Shown here: positions 27,061-40,244 of the stretch, piece by piece | Numbering within the stretch: position 1 is the stretch's first letter | Layout: each line of letters opens with the position of its first letter | Source of the DNA: the human T2T-CHM13v2.0 reference genome, Homo sapiens | Strand: one strand, 5' to 3' | Length of the DNA stretch: 64,000 nt | NCBI RefSeq assembly: GCF_009914755.1 | Contig: NC_060931.1 | Translations under genes and position numbers: made by a program | The notes under the pieces: generated by a model | Seen by the model: only the letters and a program-made list of their open reading frames with translations | The model's database searches: none | Told to the model about the DNA's origin: nothing

Positions 27061-28118
27061 TGTAATATCTCTGATTTATAAATTCCTTTAATGCTAGAAA
27101 ATACAGTTTGTTATTTTATACAAGCTGTTTTATAATTCTTCTTAAAATATAACTCTATAATGAAGCAGGCATAAGAAGGGAGAGAATTAAATGGAAGCAC
27201 ATAATGTATAAAATATATATTCTAAAACACAAGACATATCTGGATTTCACTTATCAAATAGTCAAATGACATTAAAAGTTAGCTCACAAGGAATAACAAA
27301 TAGTGAAGCACTACAGAAAAATTCTCAAACTTCCTGATTAAAGGCACATACACAGTACCTATATATATGTTAAATTATCTGTAAATAAATGCAGATGACT
27401 TACATGCTTTTCCACTTTTTAAAAAGGTGTTGGGAGAACTATGGCAGACAGGTGTATCACTCTTCTATTAGGATTAATCATTCCAAGGAGCAGTTACAAG
27501 AACTATAAAGTATGTTTCTAGGCTATAATCTAGAGAAGTAATGTACCAAAATTGTGGTTTATTTTTCGACAAGGTAGGTTTATTTGATTTCTAGAAATAT
27601 AAATGTGAAATAATAAATATCAAGGTATAACATAAAGAAAGTTATACACACTGATTTCACAGCTCAGAAAAATAAACGTTTATATTTAGACAATGATGAA
27701 AAATGAATTGAAAACTACATGAAGAATTTATATTTATAATCATTAGATTTCTCCCTATAAGTTTAAGTATTTAAATTGATTTTTCAAAGATGTAAAGATT
27801 TTTGGTTTTGTTGCTTAGGTTATTTTCCTGGTTGTATTTTATTATCAATTGTTAAAAGCATGCATTTTGGCTTAGCATTATCCTTGAAAGAAAAGCTGCT
27901 GGAAGGAAACATAAGGATGAGGGGAGAGAAGAGAAGGTGAAGACATATGGAGGCAAAAGTGAAGAGGATGGAAATAGGGTAATTAGAATACAATTGTATT
28001 TCAAAGATAGGTAGTTATAGCATAACTAGAATTGTATTTGGAAATTATCTAACAAGCATTTAGAAAAATCTAAAACCACGTAGATATTTCTTACTTTCCT
28101 CTTTCAAAACTGAAGACA

Positions 28119-28120
<2 letters not shown>

Positions 28121-28164
<44 letters not shown>
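28121..28164. repeat. Perfect (GT)22 microsatellite
   Basis: Seen directly. Confidence 0.97.
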
Positions 28165-28166
<2 letters not shown>

Positions 28167-28924
28167 AAGCACCAGTTAATGGATAGTAAGTTAGGAATTT
28201 GGCCAGCATATTTTGTCATAGCTATTTAACCTCTTCTTTGAGCTTTTCTTTTGACTTTAAGAGCAATGACTAGATTAAGAGGTAAAACGGGTACATTTGC
28301 AATGAGCAGTATTTAATTTGTAAATAGCTCTTAGTACATATTTTATTAAAAACTTATCAAAGATCTTTTCATTTTAACCTCAATGTAACTGCTGTCTCTG
28401 AGGTAGGCTTGAGACTGAGTGATGGTACATAGCATTTCAGATTCGACACGCTTTCTTATAGGAGTAAAGGGGCTGATGCTAGGATTGAGAAATGTCAATT
28501 TGCATGGGAGAATTCCTCTCTTTCTCATTCTCATGTCCCTTTTCACCGCATCAAAGTGTCCATCATTTATGGGAAATTTAGTATTTGAAAATCTAACATG
28601 CAAGTTGGTGGGTAATTATTTATAATACACAAGGATTCATCACAGAATTGTAGATTATCAGCATTGTACATCAATTTATGTAATCAAAATACGATTAGAT
28701 TGAACTTTCCAGGTTGTTAAATAAAGCAAGATCCACTATTTTTAATGCACTACTCCCCAACCTAGTGCAAAGGCCACTTTGGGTTGTAAGACTAGAGGTG
28801 TGTAGTTGTAAACAACTAGATTGGCCAGCACCACATGATAGTGCTTTTAAAACCTCTCCAATTGAATATCAAATCAAAGGAAAAATATATGTTTCAGATA
28901 GTCTTTTCAAGAAACAGTGATGAA

Positions 28925-31900
28925 TTTTTAAAAATCAAAACCTTATTAAATATTTTCTCAGACCACAGTGGAATAAAACTAACAATCAACTCTAAAAGGA
29001 ACCTTCAACAGTATACAAATATGTGGAAATTAAACAACCTGTTCCTGGATGATTTTTGGGTTAACAATAAAATCAACATGGAAATTTAAAAATTCTTTGA
29101 AATGAATGATAACAGTGGCACAAGCTATCAAAACCTCTGAGATACAGTGAAAGCAGTGCTAAGAGGAAAGGTTATAGCACCAAATTCTTACATCAGAAAG
29201 TCTGAAAGTTCACAAATTGACAATCTAATGTCACACCTCAAGGAACTAGAGAAACAAGAGCAAATCAAACCCAAAGCTAGCAGACAAAAAGAAATAACAA
29301 AGGTCAAAGAAGAACTAAATGAAATTGAAACAAAAAAATATACAAAAGATCAATGAAACAAAAAGTTGGTTCTTTGAAAAGATAAAGAAAATAAATAAAA
29401 CATTAGCTAGATCAACCAAGAAAAGAAGAGCAAATATTCAAATGCGCTCAATTAGAAATGGAAATGGACACATTACAACTAAAATCACAGAAATATAAGA
29501 GATTATTAGAGACTACTATGAACACTTCGATATACACAAGCTAGAAAATATAGAAGAAATGGATAAATTCCTGGAGACATACAACCCTCCTTTGTTGTAT
29601 CCCTTCCTTCCTTCCTGCTTGAATCAGGAAGAAAGAGAAATCCTTAACAGGACAATAACATGAAGTAAGATTGAATCAGTAATGCAAAATTGCTAAGAAG
29701 AAAAAGCTCAGGACCAAATGGATTCACAACTAAATTCTACCTGGCATTCAAAGAAGAATTGTTACCATTTCTTCTGAAACGATTCCAAAAGATTGAGAAA
29801 GAGGAAATCCTGTGTAGTTCATTCTATGAAGCCAGTACCACTGTAATACCAAAGCCAGGAAAGGACATAGCAAACAAAGAAAACTACACACCAATATCCC
29901 TGATGAAAATAGATGCAAAAATCCTCAACAAAATACTAGCAAACCAAACCCAACAGCACATCAGAAAGATAATCCACCATGTTCAAGTGGATTTCCTCCC
30001 AGGGATGCAGGGATGGTTCAACATACACAAGTCAATAAGTGTGATTCACCTCATAAACAGAATTGAAAACAAAAATTATATGATCATCTCAGTAGATGCA
30101 GAAAAATGTATTTGATAAAATCTAGTATCCCTTTATGATAAAAACCCTCAACAAACTGTGAATAAAAGGGACATACCTCAAAATAATAAAAGCCATATAT
30201 AGCAAACCCAACATTATACTGAGTGGGGAAAAGTTGAAAGCATTCTCTTTAAAAACTGGAACAAGACAAAGATGTCCACCTTCATCACTTCTACTCAACA
30301 AAGTACTGGAAATCCTAGCGAGATCAATCAGGCAAGAGAAAGAAATAAAGCCCATTAAAATTGGAAAAGAGGAAGTCAAACTATCTGTTTGCCAATGATA
30401 TGATCCTATACCTAGAAAATCCTAAACACTCCTCTAAAAGACTTCTAGATTTGATAAAAGAATTCAGTCAAGTTTCTGGTTACAAAATCAATATACACAA
30501 ATAAGTAGCACTGCTATACACCACCAACAACCAAGCTGAGAATCAAATCAAGAACTCAATCCCTTTTATAATAGCTGCAAAGAAAAAAACCTCTAGGAAT
30601 ATTCTTAACCAACGAGGTGAAAGCTCTCTATATGACTAACTATAAAACACTGCTGAAAGAGATCACAGGTGATACAAACAAATGGAAATACATCCCACGC
30701 TCATGGGTTGGAAGGATCATTATGTTGAAAATGACCATACTGCCCAAGGCAATCTACAGATTCAATTCAATTCCTATCAAAATACCAACATCATTTTTCA
30801 CAGAACTAGAAAAAAATTCTAAAATTCACGTTACCAAAAAAAAGACCAAAATAGCCAAAGCAATCCTAAGAAAAAAGAACAAAGCTGGGGGCATCACATT
30901 ACCTGACTTCAAATTATACTACAAGGCTATAGTAACCAAAACAGCATGGTACTGGTATAACAGTGATACACAGAACAATGGAACAGAAGAGAAAACCAGA
31001 AATAAAGCCAAATACAACCAACTGATCCTTGACAAAGCATACAGAAAAATAAATTGGTGAAAGGACACCTTACTCAATAAATGGTGCTGGGAAAGCTCGA
31101 TAGCCACATGTAGAAGAATTAAACTGGATCCTTAATGCTCACCACACAAACAAATCAACTCAAGGTGGTTTAATCTTGACTTAAATCTAAGATCTGAAGC
31201 CATAAAAATTCTAGAAGAAAGCCAAGAAAAAACTCTTCTGGACATTGGCCTAGGGAAAGAATTTATGACCAAGACTCCAAAAGCAAATGCAACAAAATGA
31301 AAATAAATAAATGGGACCTAATTAAACTAAAAAGATTCCACACAGAAAAAAAATTATCAGAGTAAACAGACAACACACAGAATGAGAGAAAATATTTACA
31401 AACTATGCATCTGTCAAAGGACTAATATCTAGAATCAACAAGAAACCCAAATACATCAGCGAGAAAAAAGATGCCATCAAAAGGCAAATGACACGAATAG
31501 ACAGCTCTCAAAAGAGGATATACAAGTGAGCAACAAACACATGAAAAAATGCTCAACATCACCAATCATCAGGGAAATGCAAAATAAAACCACAATGAGA
31601 TACCATCTTACCCCAGTCAGAATGGCCATTACTAAAAAATCAAAAAAACGATAGATGTGGGCATGGATGTGGTGAAAAGAGAATGCTTATATACTGTTAG
31701 TGGGAATATAAATTAGTAAAACCTCTATGGAAAACAGTATGGAGATTTCTCAAAGAACTAAAAGTAGACCTACCATTAGAACTACCATTAAATCCAGCAA
31801 TCCCACTACTGGGTATTTACTCAAAGTAAAAGAAGTCATTATATAAAGACACCTGCATGTATATGTTTATTGCAGCATAATTCACAATTACAAAGATATG

Positions 31901-32310
31901 GAACCAACCTAAGTGCCCATCAACCAATGAGTGGGTAAAAAAAAATGGTATATGTACAATATGGAACACTACTCAGCCATTAAAAGGAACAAGATAATGT
32001 CTTTTGCAGCAACTTGGATGGAGCTAGAGGCCATTGCTCTAAGTGTAGTAACTCAAGAATGGAAAATGAAATACCATATGTTCTCATTTATAAGTGGGAG
32101 CTAAACTATGGGTACTCAAAGGCATACAGAGTGGTATAATGGTCATTGAAGTCATTCAGAAGTGGAGATGATGGGAAGGGAAGTGAGGGAAGAAAAACAC
32201 AATATTGGGTACAATCTACACTACTCAGGTGACGGGTGCACTAAAATCTCAGACTTCACCACCGTACATTTCATCCATGTAAACAAAAACCACCTGTACC
32301 CCAAAAGCTA
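28925..32310 (+). mobile_element. 5'-truncated L1PB (L1PB2-4-like), lacking its poly(A) signal and tail
   Basis: ORF2 pieces 28835-31060 (SDHSGIKL..., [34 protein letters not shown]); L1PB 3'UTR gggtgcactaaaatctcagacttcaccac...ccccaaaagcta ends abruptly. Confidence 0.9.
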
Positions 32311-32566
32311 GGTAGCTTCAGTGGCACACTCATAGCTCACTGTAACCTCCAACTCCTGGGCTCAAGTAATTCTCCTACCTCAGCCTCCTGGGTAGCTGGT
32401 ACTATCATAGCACTCCACTCTGCCCAGCTAATTTTTAAATGTTTTTTGTAGAGATGAGGTCTCGCTATGTTGCCCAGGCTGATCTCAAACTCCTGGCCTC
32501 AAGCAATCCTCCCGCCTTGGCCTTTGAAAGCATTAGAAATACAGATGTGAGCCACCACAACTGGCC
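32311..32566 (-). mobile_element. AluJ lacking its tail and 3' ~40 nt
   Basis: catagctcactgtaacctccaactcctgggctcaag...ctggcc. Confidence 0.85.
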
Positions 32567-32720
32567 TGCTTACAGGATCACAACCTAGGAGCAATAGGCT
32601 ATACCATCTAATCTAGGTATGTAGTAGGTTATACTACCTAGGTTTGTGGAACTACACTCTGATATTCACATAGTGATAAAGTTGCCCAAAGATACACGTC
32701 TCAGGATGTATCCCTGTGAT
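32567..32720. mobile_element. Tigger3/MER7 fragment, opposite orientation to the 13582 copy
   Basis: cctaggagcaataggctataccatc...gtagtagg is the reverse complement of the motif at ~13690-13740. Confidence 0.75.
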
Positions 32721-32910
32721 TACTATACTTAAAGTCATCTCTAGATTACTTACCTAATACATTGCAAATGCTATGTAAATAGTTGTTATACTGTGGGGAT
32801 TTTTGTATTCTTTTTTTACTGTTATATTATTATTTTTTCCAAATATTTTCTATAAGCAGTTGATTGAATCTGAGGATGCATAACCTGTGGATACACAGGA
32901 CCAACTAGAC
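32721..32910 (+). mobile_element. MER2 right half
   Basis: atgctatgtaaatagttgttatactg...gttgattgaatctgaggatgcataacctgtggatac, similar to the 22738 copy. Confidence 0.75.
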
Positions 32911-33355
32911 TGTATGCAATATGATTCCAACCATATAACATTCTGGAAAAGGCAAACCTCCAGAGACAGTATAAAAATCAGTAGATTCCAGAGGATCGGA
33001 AGGAGAAAGAGAGGGACAAATGGGTAGAGCACAGAGGATTTCTAGGGTAGTGAAACTGTTGTGTGTGTTATTGTAGTGATGGATACATGATATTATGTGT
33101 CTGTCAAAAACTCACATAACTGTACAACACAAACTGTGAACCGTAATGTAAACCATGGACCTTAGTTAATAATAATGTGTCAATAATGGCGCATAAATTA
33201 TAACAAATATACCACACTAATACAAGATGTTAATAATACTGGAAACTAAGAGGGAGGAGGGTTAGAGAGAGGGTAGTGTATGGGAACTCTCTGTACTTTC
33301 TGTTCAATTTTCTGTAAACCTAGAACTGCTCCAAAAAATAAGGCCTATCAAAAAA
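32911..33355 (+). mobile_element. L1MC-type 3' end
   Basis: acattctggaaaaggcaaac...tgggaactctctgtactttctgttcaattttctgtaaacc. Confidence 0.8.
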
Positions 33356-33442
33356 GAGAGAGAGAGAAGTATATGCCTCTTTTTCTGCTTGATCTCTAAC
33401 CCCATTCTCAAATACCATCATCATTTGTTGAAACATAGCTAA

Positions 33443-33799
<357 letters not shown>

Positions 33800-35829
33800 T
33801 GAAAGCATTCTTAATTGGAATTTACTTTTCCTTTTTCAATCTTTCATGGCAAATGTCTGCCATTATTGTACCTTTGTTAGTCTGCTTGGTATTAAAAGGC
33901 AATTACGTGTTTTCATTAGATTTTGAGCCTCTGGAAGATAGAGAACATCCATTTCTTATTCATTTCTAGGCCCGTAGTCAATATTTGTACCATGCCTGTG
34001 TACACAAAAATTAAAATAATTTAAAACTTATTTATTGTCATAAAAACATAACACTAAGTTTACCAACTTAATCATTTTAAAGTGTATGGTGCAGTAACTT
34101 TAAGTACATTCACATTGTTGTGCAACAAACCTCTAGAATTGTTCACCTTGCAAAACTGAAATTCTATACCCATTAATCACTAATTCCTCCATCCCTTTAC
34201 CCCCAGTCCTTGGAAATTACCTTTATACAGGCGTACTTCATTTTACTGTGCTTACCAGAGACTGGCTTTTTTCCCCTACAAATTGAAGGTTAGTGGCAAC
34301 CCTGCATTGAGGGAGTCAGTTGGTGCCATTTTTCTAAAAACATGTGCTTTCTTTGTGTCTCTGTGTCACATTTAGTAATTTAATACTTTGAAAAAATTTT
34401 CATAATTTTTCAAAATTTTTCACTATTATTTTATGTTATATTGATATATTATCAGTGGTCTTTGCTGTTACAATTCTTTTGGGGTACCATGAACCATGCC
34501 CACAAAAGAGGGTGAACTTAATCGATAAATATTGTGTGCATTCTGACTGTTCCACTGACCAGTCATTCTACTATGTTTTTCCCTCTCCTTGGGCCTTCCT
34601 ATTTCCTGAGATACAACAATATTGAAATTAGGTGAACTAATAAACCTACAGTGGCCTCTAAGTATTCAAGTGAAAGGAAGAGTCACATATCTCACTTTAA
34701 ATCAAAAGCTAGAAATGATTAACCTTAGTGAGGAAGCTATGTTGAAAGCTAAGACAGACTGAAAGCTAGGCCTCTTTACACCAAATAGGCAAGTGTGAAT
34801 GCAAAGGAAAAGTTCTTAAAGGAAATTAATAGTGCTACGCCAATAAATACAAGAATGACAAGGAAGTGAAATAGCCTTATTGCTGATATGGAGAAAGTTT
34901 TAGTGGTCTGGATAGAAAATCAGACCAGCCACAACATTCCCTTTATCCCAATCCAGATCAAGGCCCTACGAAGGCTGAGAGAGGTGAGGAAGCTGCAGAA
35001 GAAAAGTTGGAAATTAGCAGAGGTTGGTTCAGGAGGTTTAAGGAAAGAAGCTGTCTCCATCACATAAAAGTGCAAGGTGAAGCAGCAAGTGCTAAAGTAG
35101 AAGTTGCAGCAAGTTATTCAGAAGTTATAAAGATAAATGATAAGGTGGCTATACTAAACAACAGATTTTTAATGTAGACAAACAGCATTGTATTGGAAGA
35201 AGATGCCATCTAGAACTTGTACAGCTAGAGAGAAGTCAATGCCTGTCTTCAAAGCTTCGAAGGACAGGGTGATTCTCTTGTTAGGGGTTAATGCAGCTGG
35301 TGGCTTTAAATTGAAGCCAGTGCTCATTTACTATTTGAAAATACTAAGGTCCCTAGAATTATGCTAAATTTACTCTGCCTATGCTGCATAAATGGAATAA
35401 CTAAGCCTAGATGACAGTACATGGTCAATGGTTCACTGCATATTTTGATCCCACTATTGAGAACTACTGCTCAGAAAAAAGGATTCCTTTCAAAATATAC
35501 TGCTTATTGACAATGTACCTAGTCACCCAAGAGCTCCAATGAGATGTACGAGGAGATTAATATTGTTTTTATGCCTGTTAACACTACATTCATTCTGCAG
35601 CCCATGGATCAAGGAGTCATTTTGACTTTCAAGTTATATTACATAAGACATATATTTTGTAAGGCTACAGCTGCCATAGATAGGAATTCTGATGTATCTG
35701 GGCAAAGTAAGATGAAAACTTTCTGGAAAGAGTTCACCATTCTAGATGCCATTAAGAACATTCATGACTCATGGGAGGATGTCAAAATATCAACATTAAC
35801 AGGAGTTTGGAAGAAGTTAATTCCAACCC

Positions 35830-36246
35830 TGTTATGGTTTGTTTATTTGTCCCCTCTAAATCTCATGTTAAATTGTAATCTCCAATGTTGGAGGTAGGGC
35901 CGGGTGGGAGGTGTTTGGATCATGAGGGCAGATCTTTTATGAATGGCTTGGTGCCCTCCCCATGGTAATGAGTGAGTTCTCACTCTGAATTCACAGGAGA
36001 TCTGGTTGTTTAAAAGACTGTGGCACTTTCCTTCTCTCTCTTGCTCCCACTCTATTCATGTGATGCATCAGCTCCCCCTTTGCTTTCTGCCATAATTGTA
36101 AGGTTGCTGAGGCCCTCACCAGAAGCAGATGCCAGTACCATGCTTCTTGTACAGCCTGCAGAACCATGAGCCACAGTAAACTTCTTTTCTTTATAAATTA
36201 CCCAGCCTCTGGGGTTCCTTTATATCAATGCAAATGGACTAATACA
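35830..36246 (+). mobile_element. MSTB-like MaLR solo LTR inside Tigger1
   Basis: tgttatggttt...ggactaataca; perfect 5-bp TSD aaccc at 35825-35829 and 36247-36251. Confidence 0.92.
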
Positions 36247-36593
36247 AACCCTCATGGATGACTTTGAGGGGCTCAAAACTTAAGTGAAGGAAATCACTGA
36301 AGATGTAATAAAAATAGCAGGAGAACTAGAATTAGAAGTAGAGTCTGAAGATGTGACTGAATTGCTGCAATCTCATAATAAAACTTCAATGAATGAGAAG
36401 TTGCTTCTTATGGAAGAGCAAAGAAAGTGATATACTGAGATGGGAACTACTGCTGGTGAAAATGCTATGAACATTGTTGAAATGATGACAAAGGATTTCG
36501 AATATTACATAAACGTATTTGATAAAGCAGTGGCAGGGTTTGACATAGTTCACTTCAGTTTTGAAGGTTCTGTGGATAAAGGGCTACCAAACA

Positions 36594-36671
36594 CACACTG
36601 CATGCCTGTATCAAAATGTCTCCTGTACCTCACAAATACTAAATACCTTCTATGTGCCCATAAATTTGTTT
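36594..36671 (+). mobile_element. ~78-bp extreme 3' tail of an L1MA1-3, inserted in Tigger1
   Basis: catgcctgtatcaaaatgtctcctgtacc...tatgtgccca matches the reverse complement of 3210-3275; degenerate TSD aaagggctaccaaaca / aaatgctatcaaaga. Confidence 0.75.
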
Positions 36672-38061
36672 AAATGCTATCAAAGAGCATGACATGCTAC
36701 AGAGAAATCTTTCATGAAAAGAAGAATCAATGGATGAGGCAAACATCATTGTTGTCTTATTTTAAGACATTACCACAGCTACCCCACCTTCAGCAACAAC
36801 CACCCTGATCAGTCAACAGCCATCAACATTGAGGCAAGACTCTCCACCAGCAAAAAGATTACAACTCACTGATGGCTCAAATGATTATTAGCATTTGTTA
36901 GCAATAAAGTATTTTTAAATTAAGACATGTATATGTTTTAGACATAATGCTATTGCACACTTAATAGGCCACAGTATAGTGTAAACATAACTATTATATA
37001 CACTAGGAAACAAAAAAATGTGTATGACTCACTTTTATTGTGATATTTGGTGATGTGAAACTGAGCTCACAATATCTCTGTAGTATGCCTGCATTTTCTT
37101 TTTCTACAATTTTGACTACTTTAGATACTTCATATGAGTGGAATCATACACTATTTTACTTTTTGTAACTGACTTATTTCACTTACGACAGTGTCCTTCA
37201 AGTTCATCCACACTGTAGCATGTGACAGGATTTTCTTCCTTTTTAAATATAAAATTTTACTGTATGCATATATATTCCAAATTTTCTTTACTTATTCATC
37301 TGTTCATGAACATTTGGGTTGCTTCCACCTCTTGGCTATTGTGAATAATGTTGCATTGAACATGAATGTGCAAATATCTCTCTGAAATCCTACTTTGAAT
37401 TATTTTGGTTAAATACTGAGAAGTGATAATATTATAACTAACTTTGAAATTGAGGGCTTAATTTGCTGTGGGCATACATTACAGGCTATTTGTCATGAAT
37501 ACAACTTGGCAAACTCAGGCCTTTTAAATCCTGACCTGGATTCTTTGAATGAACTTTAAACTTGTCTCTTAAGCTTTTGCTTGTTCAATCCTCTACCCGA
37601 AGATAGCCCCAGATGACTCTTCCCAAGTGTCATTCTCTACTCAAAGGCCTTTAATGATTCTCCATTATCTGCTCTACAGCCCTTCTCAAGGCCCCAGTTG
37701 GCTCTCCCATGAGTCTGTCATGATCCAAAAAGCTGGCCCACTCACTATTTGCTGAGTACACTTTGTTCTTTCTCTTCTTTGGAGCTTTGTTTACGCCTGA
37801 AAATGTTCTCTGCTCTTCATTTCTGCTCTAAAACCCTACCTATTTCAATACTATCTATTGTCATAATTCTAATTTCCTCCTTCCATCTCATCCACCCAAA
37901 CCATTGTACTGCTTTGGGTATTTCCTTATTGTTTGTCCTTAATTATGTTGCCTTTACCTATCCTTGCACCTCCAACTGGATTTTAACCCCTTCAAGAAGA
38001 GGGATTATATTCTCTTTTTTAAATCATGTGAAGCTCCAAGCACAATGCTTTGCAGGTTGTG

Positions 38062-38541
38062 TGCAATGCAGTACAGGGGAGCCCCCAAATTAATTGGAGC
38101 TTAGCTCGCAAAGGTTCTTGGCTTTGCCCAGGAAAGAATTTAAGGGTGAGCCAGTGGTAGGGTTGAAAAGTACAGCTTTGTTGAAGTGGCAGTGTTACAG
38201 CTCTGATGGTGTTACAGCTCTGTGACTGTTCCTGCAGTGCAAGGCTACCCCACAGGCAGAAAGTAACAGCTCAGGGTAGTTTTGCAGTCATATTTGTACC
38301 TACTTTAATTACTTGTAGATCAAGGGGTAGTTTATGCAGAATTTTTAGGGAAAGGGTAGTAACTTCTGGGTCATGGGGTCATTGCCATGGAAGGGAGTGG
38401 TAACTCCTGGGTTTTGCCACGGCAGTGGTAAATTGACATGGCACACTGGTGAGCATCTCTTATGGAAAGCTGCCTCCGCCCCATCCCTGTTTTAGCTAGT
38501 CTTCAATTTGGTCCAGTGTCTAAGTCCCAGCTCCTACTTCG
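38062..38541 (-). mobile_element. ERV1 (MER4-group) solo LTR inserted in an L2 tail
   Basis: ggttcttggctttgcccaggaaagaatttaagggtgagcc and catggcacactggtgagc motifs; L2 3' end (cacaatgc...ggcactcaacaa) split around it. Confidence 0.7.
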
Positions 38542-38566
38542 TGGGCACTCAACAATGCCATGTTGA

Positions 38567-38893
38567 GGCCAGGCATGGTGGCTCACACCTGTAATCCCAG
38601 CACTTTGGGAGGCTGAGGCAGGCAGATCACTTGAGGTCAGGAGTTCGAGACCAGCCTGGCCAACATGGAGAAATGCCATCTCTACTAAAAATACAAAAAT
38701 TAGCCGGGCTAGGTGGTGTGCACCTGTAATCTTAGCTACTCAGGAAGCTGAGGAAGGAGAATCGCTTGAACCCAGGAGATGGAGGTTTCAGTGAGCCGAG
38801 ATTGTGCCACTGCATTCCAGCCTGGGCATCAGAGGGAGACTCTGTCTCAAAAAACAAACAAACAAACAAACAAAACAACAACAACAACAAAAG
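38567..38893 (+). mobile_element. AluS (Sx/Sz) with (AAAC)n/(AAC)n tail
   Basis: TSD caatgccatgttg at 38553-38565 and 38894-38906. Confidence 0.93.
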
Positions 38894-39639
38894 CAATGCC
38901 ATGTTGGAAAGACCAAAATACAAAGTAGTTAAAGTACAAGCTGCAGATGAATGGGAATTCAAATCTCAGCTAGATCACTCAGTGGTTATGGAACTTGGGC
39001 AAGGGAGTTAACTTCTTTGACTCAAGTTCCTTTTCTGGAGGCATGGCATTCGTTATATGTACTACATAATGTTATAGAAAAGTTAAAGAAAAATGTATGT
39101 AGAATTGACATGTATTAAATATTCAGTCACGGTAGTGGCAAATATTTATTTCCTAGATTTTTCCTTCTGGAATACCTTGAATACCTTCTACCTAGACATT
39201 TAACCTCTTCATTTCTAGCCATAGTTACAATCGCAGTAGATTAGCCAGGGAGGCCAAAGTTTTAGAATAAGGATGGCCATTTACAGATGAGTATGTATTC
39301 ATACTGTATTCATACTAGAATCTGTATTTATTTTGAAATTACTGTAGTACTTGTGAATTAATAAGTTCATAAATATTTACTGAGTACCCATTATATATCA
39401 GAATGCTGTTCTAGATACTAAGAATACAGCAGTGAACAAGATAGCGTCCCTGCCCTCCACTAATTTACATTCTAATGTGTAAAAATACACCACAGATGTG
39501 CAAGAAATATGATGAAAAGCTCATCTATAAAATGATACCAAACCCCCTAACATCCCAAACTCAATTTTTTGGCCTTATAACTTAGCTGTTGTGGCAAGCT
39601 TGTTTTTTGCAGAGTCCAATAATAGTTACCCAGATTTTT

Positions 39640-39986
<347 letters not shown>

Positions 39987-39987
39987 C

Positions 39988-39998
39988 TACACACACAC

Positions 39999-40029
<31 letters not shown>

Positions 40030-40038
40030 CACACACAC
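39988..40038. repeat. Compound (CA)n microsatellite ~430 bp upstream of the putative TSS
   Basis: Seen directly. Confidence 0.9.
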
Positions 40039-40244
40039 TTAATTCTTTTTTCTTCTAGAAAAATTGGGATCAATCAGACCTATAAGTCATTGTGTACAAC
40101 AGGTAGATCTGAGCTTTATTTCTATTTAAATGACCTTAAGAAGTGTAGTTGCCTGGGAGTGAAAGTTGTTCAATGGTGGCATTTCAGCAGGAGCTCCCAG
40201 AATATTGAAGCTCTTCTCTTTGCAGCAACTGAGGTCTAAGTCCT

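Larger units (their letters stand above)
34228..37091 (+). mobile_element. Essentially full-length Tigger1 DNA transposon with decayed pogo-type transposase
   Basis: TIRs caggcgtac / gtatgcctg at a TA site; transposase start ~34651 (ASKYSSERKSH...); ORF 35544 [26 protein letters not shown] (DDE domain). Confidence 0.93.
34015..37430 (-). mobile_element. L1MB-type 3' end split by Tigger1 (34015-34225 and 37094-37430)
   Basis: aagtacattcacattgttgtgcaac...; resumes as ttgactactttagatacttcatatgagtggaatcatac. Confidence 0.75.

Noticed and set aside
28170-28920. Repeat-free stretch as a conserved enhancer or exon
   Set aside because: No convincing splice or motif evidence; conservation cannot be judged from this sequence alone.
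28835-31060. RT-like ORFs of 141 and 147 aa
   Set aside because: Fragments of a 5'-truncated dead L1PB ORF2.
34651-36720. Domesticated TIGD-like transposase gene
   Set aside because: Frame broken repeatedly and interrupted by an LTR and an L1 tail; an ordinary Tigger1 relic.
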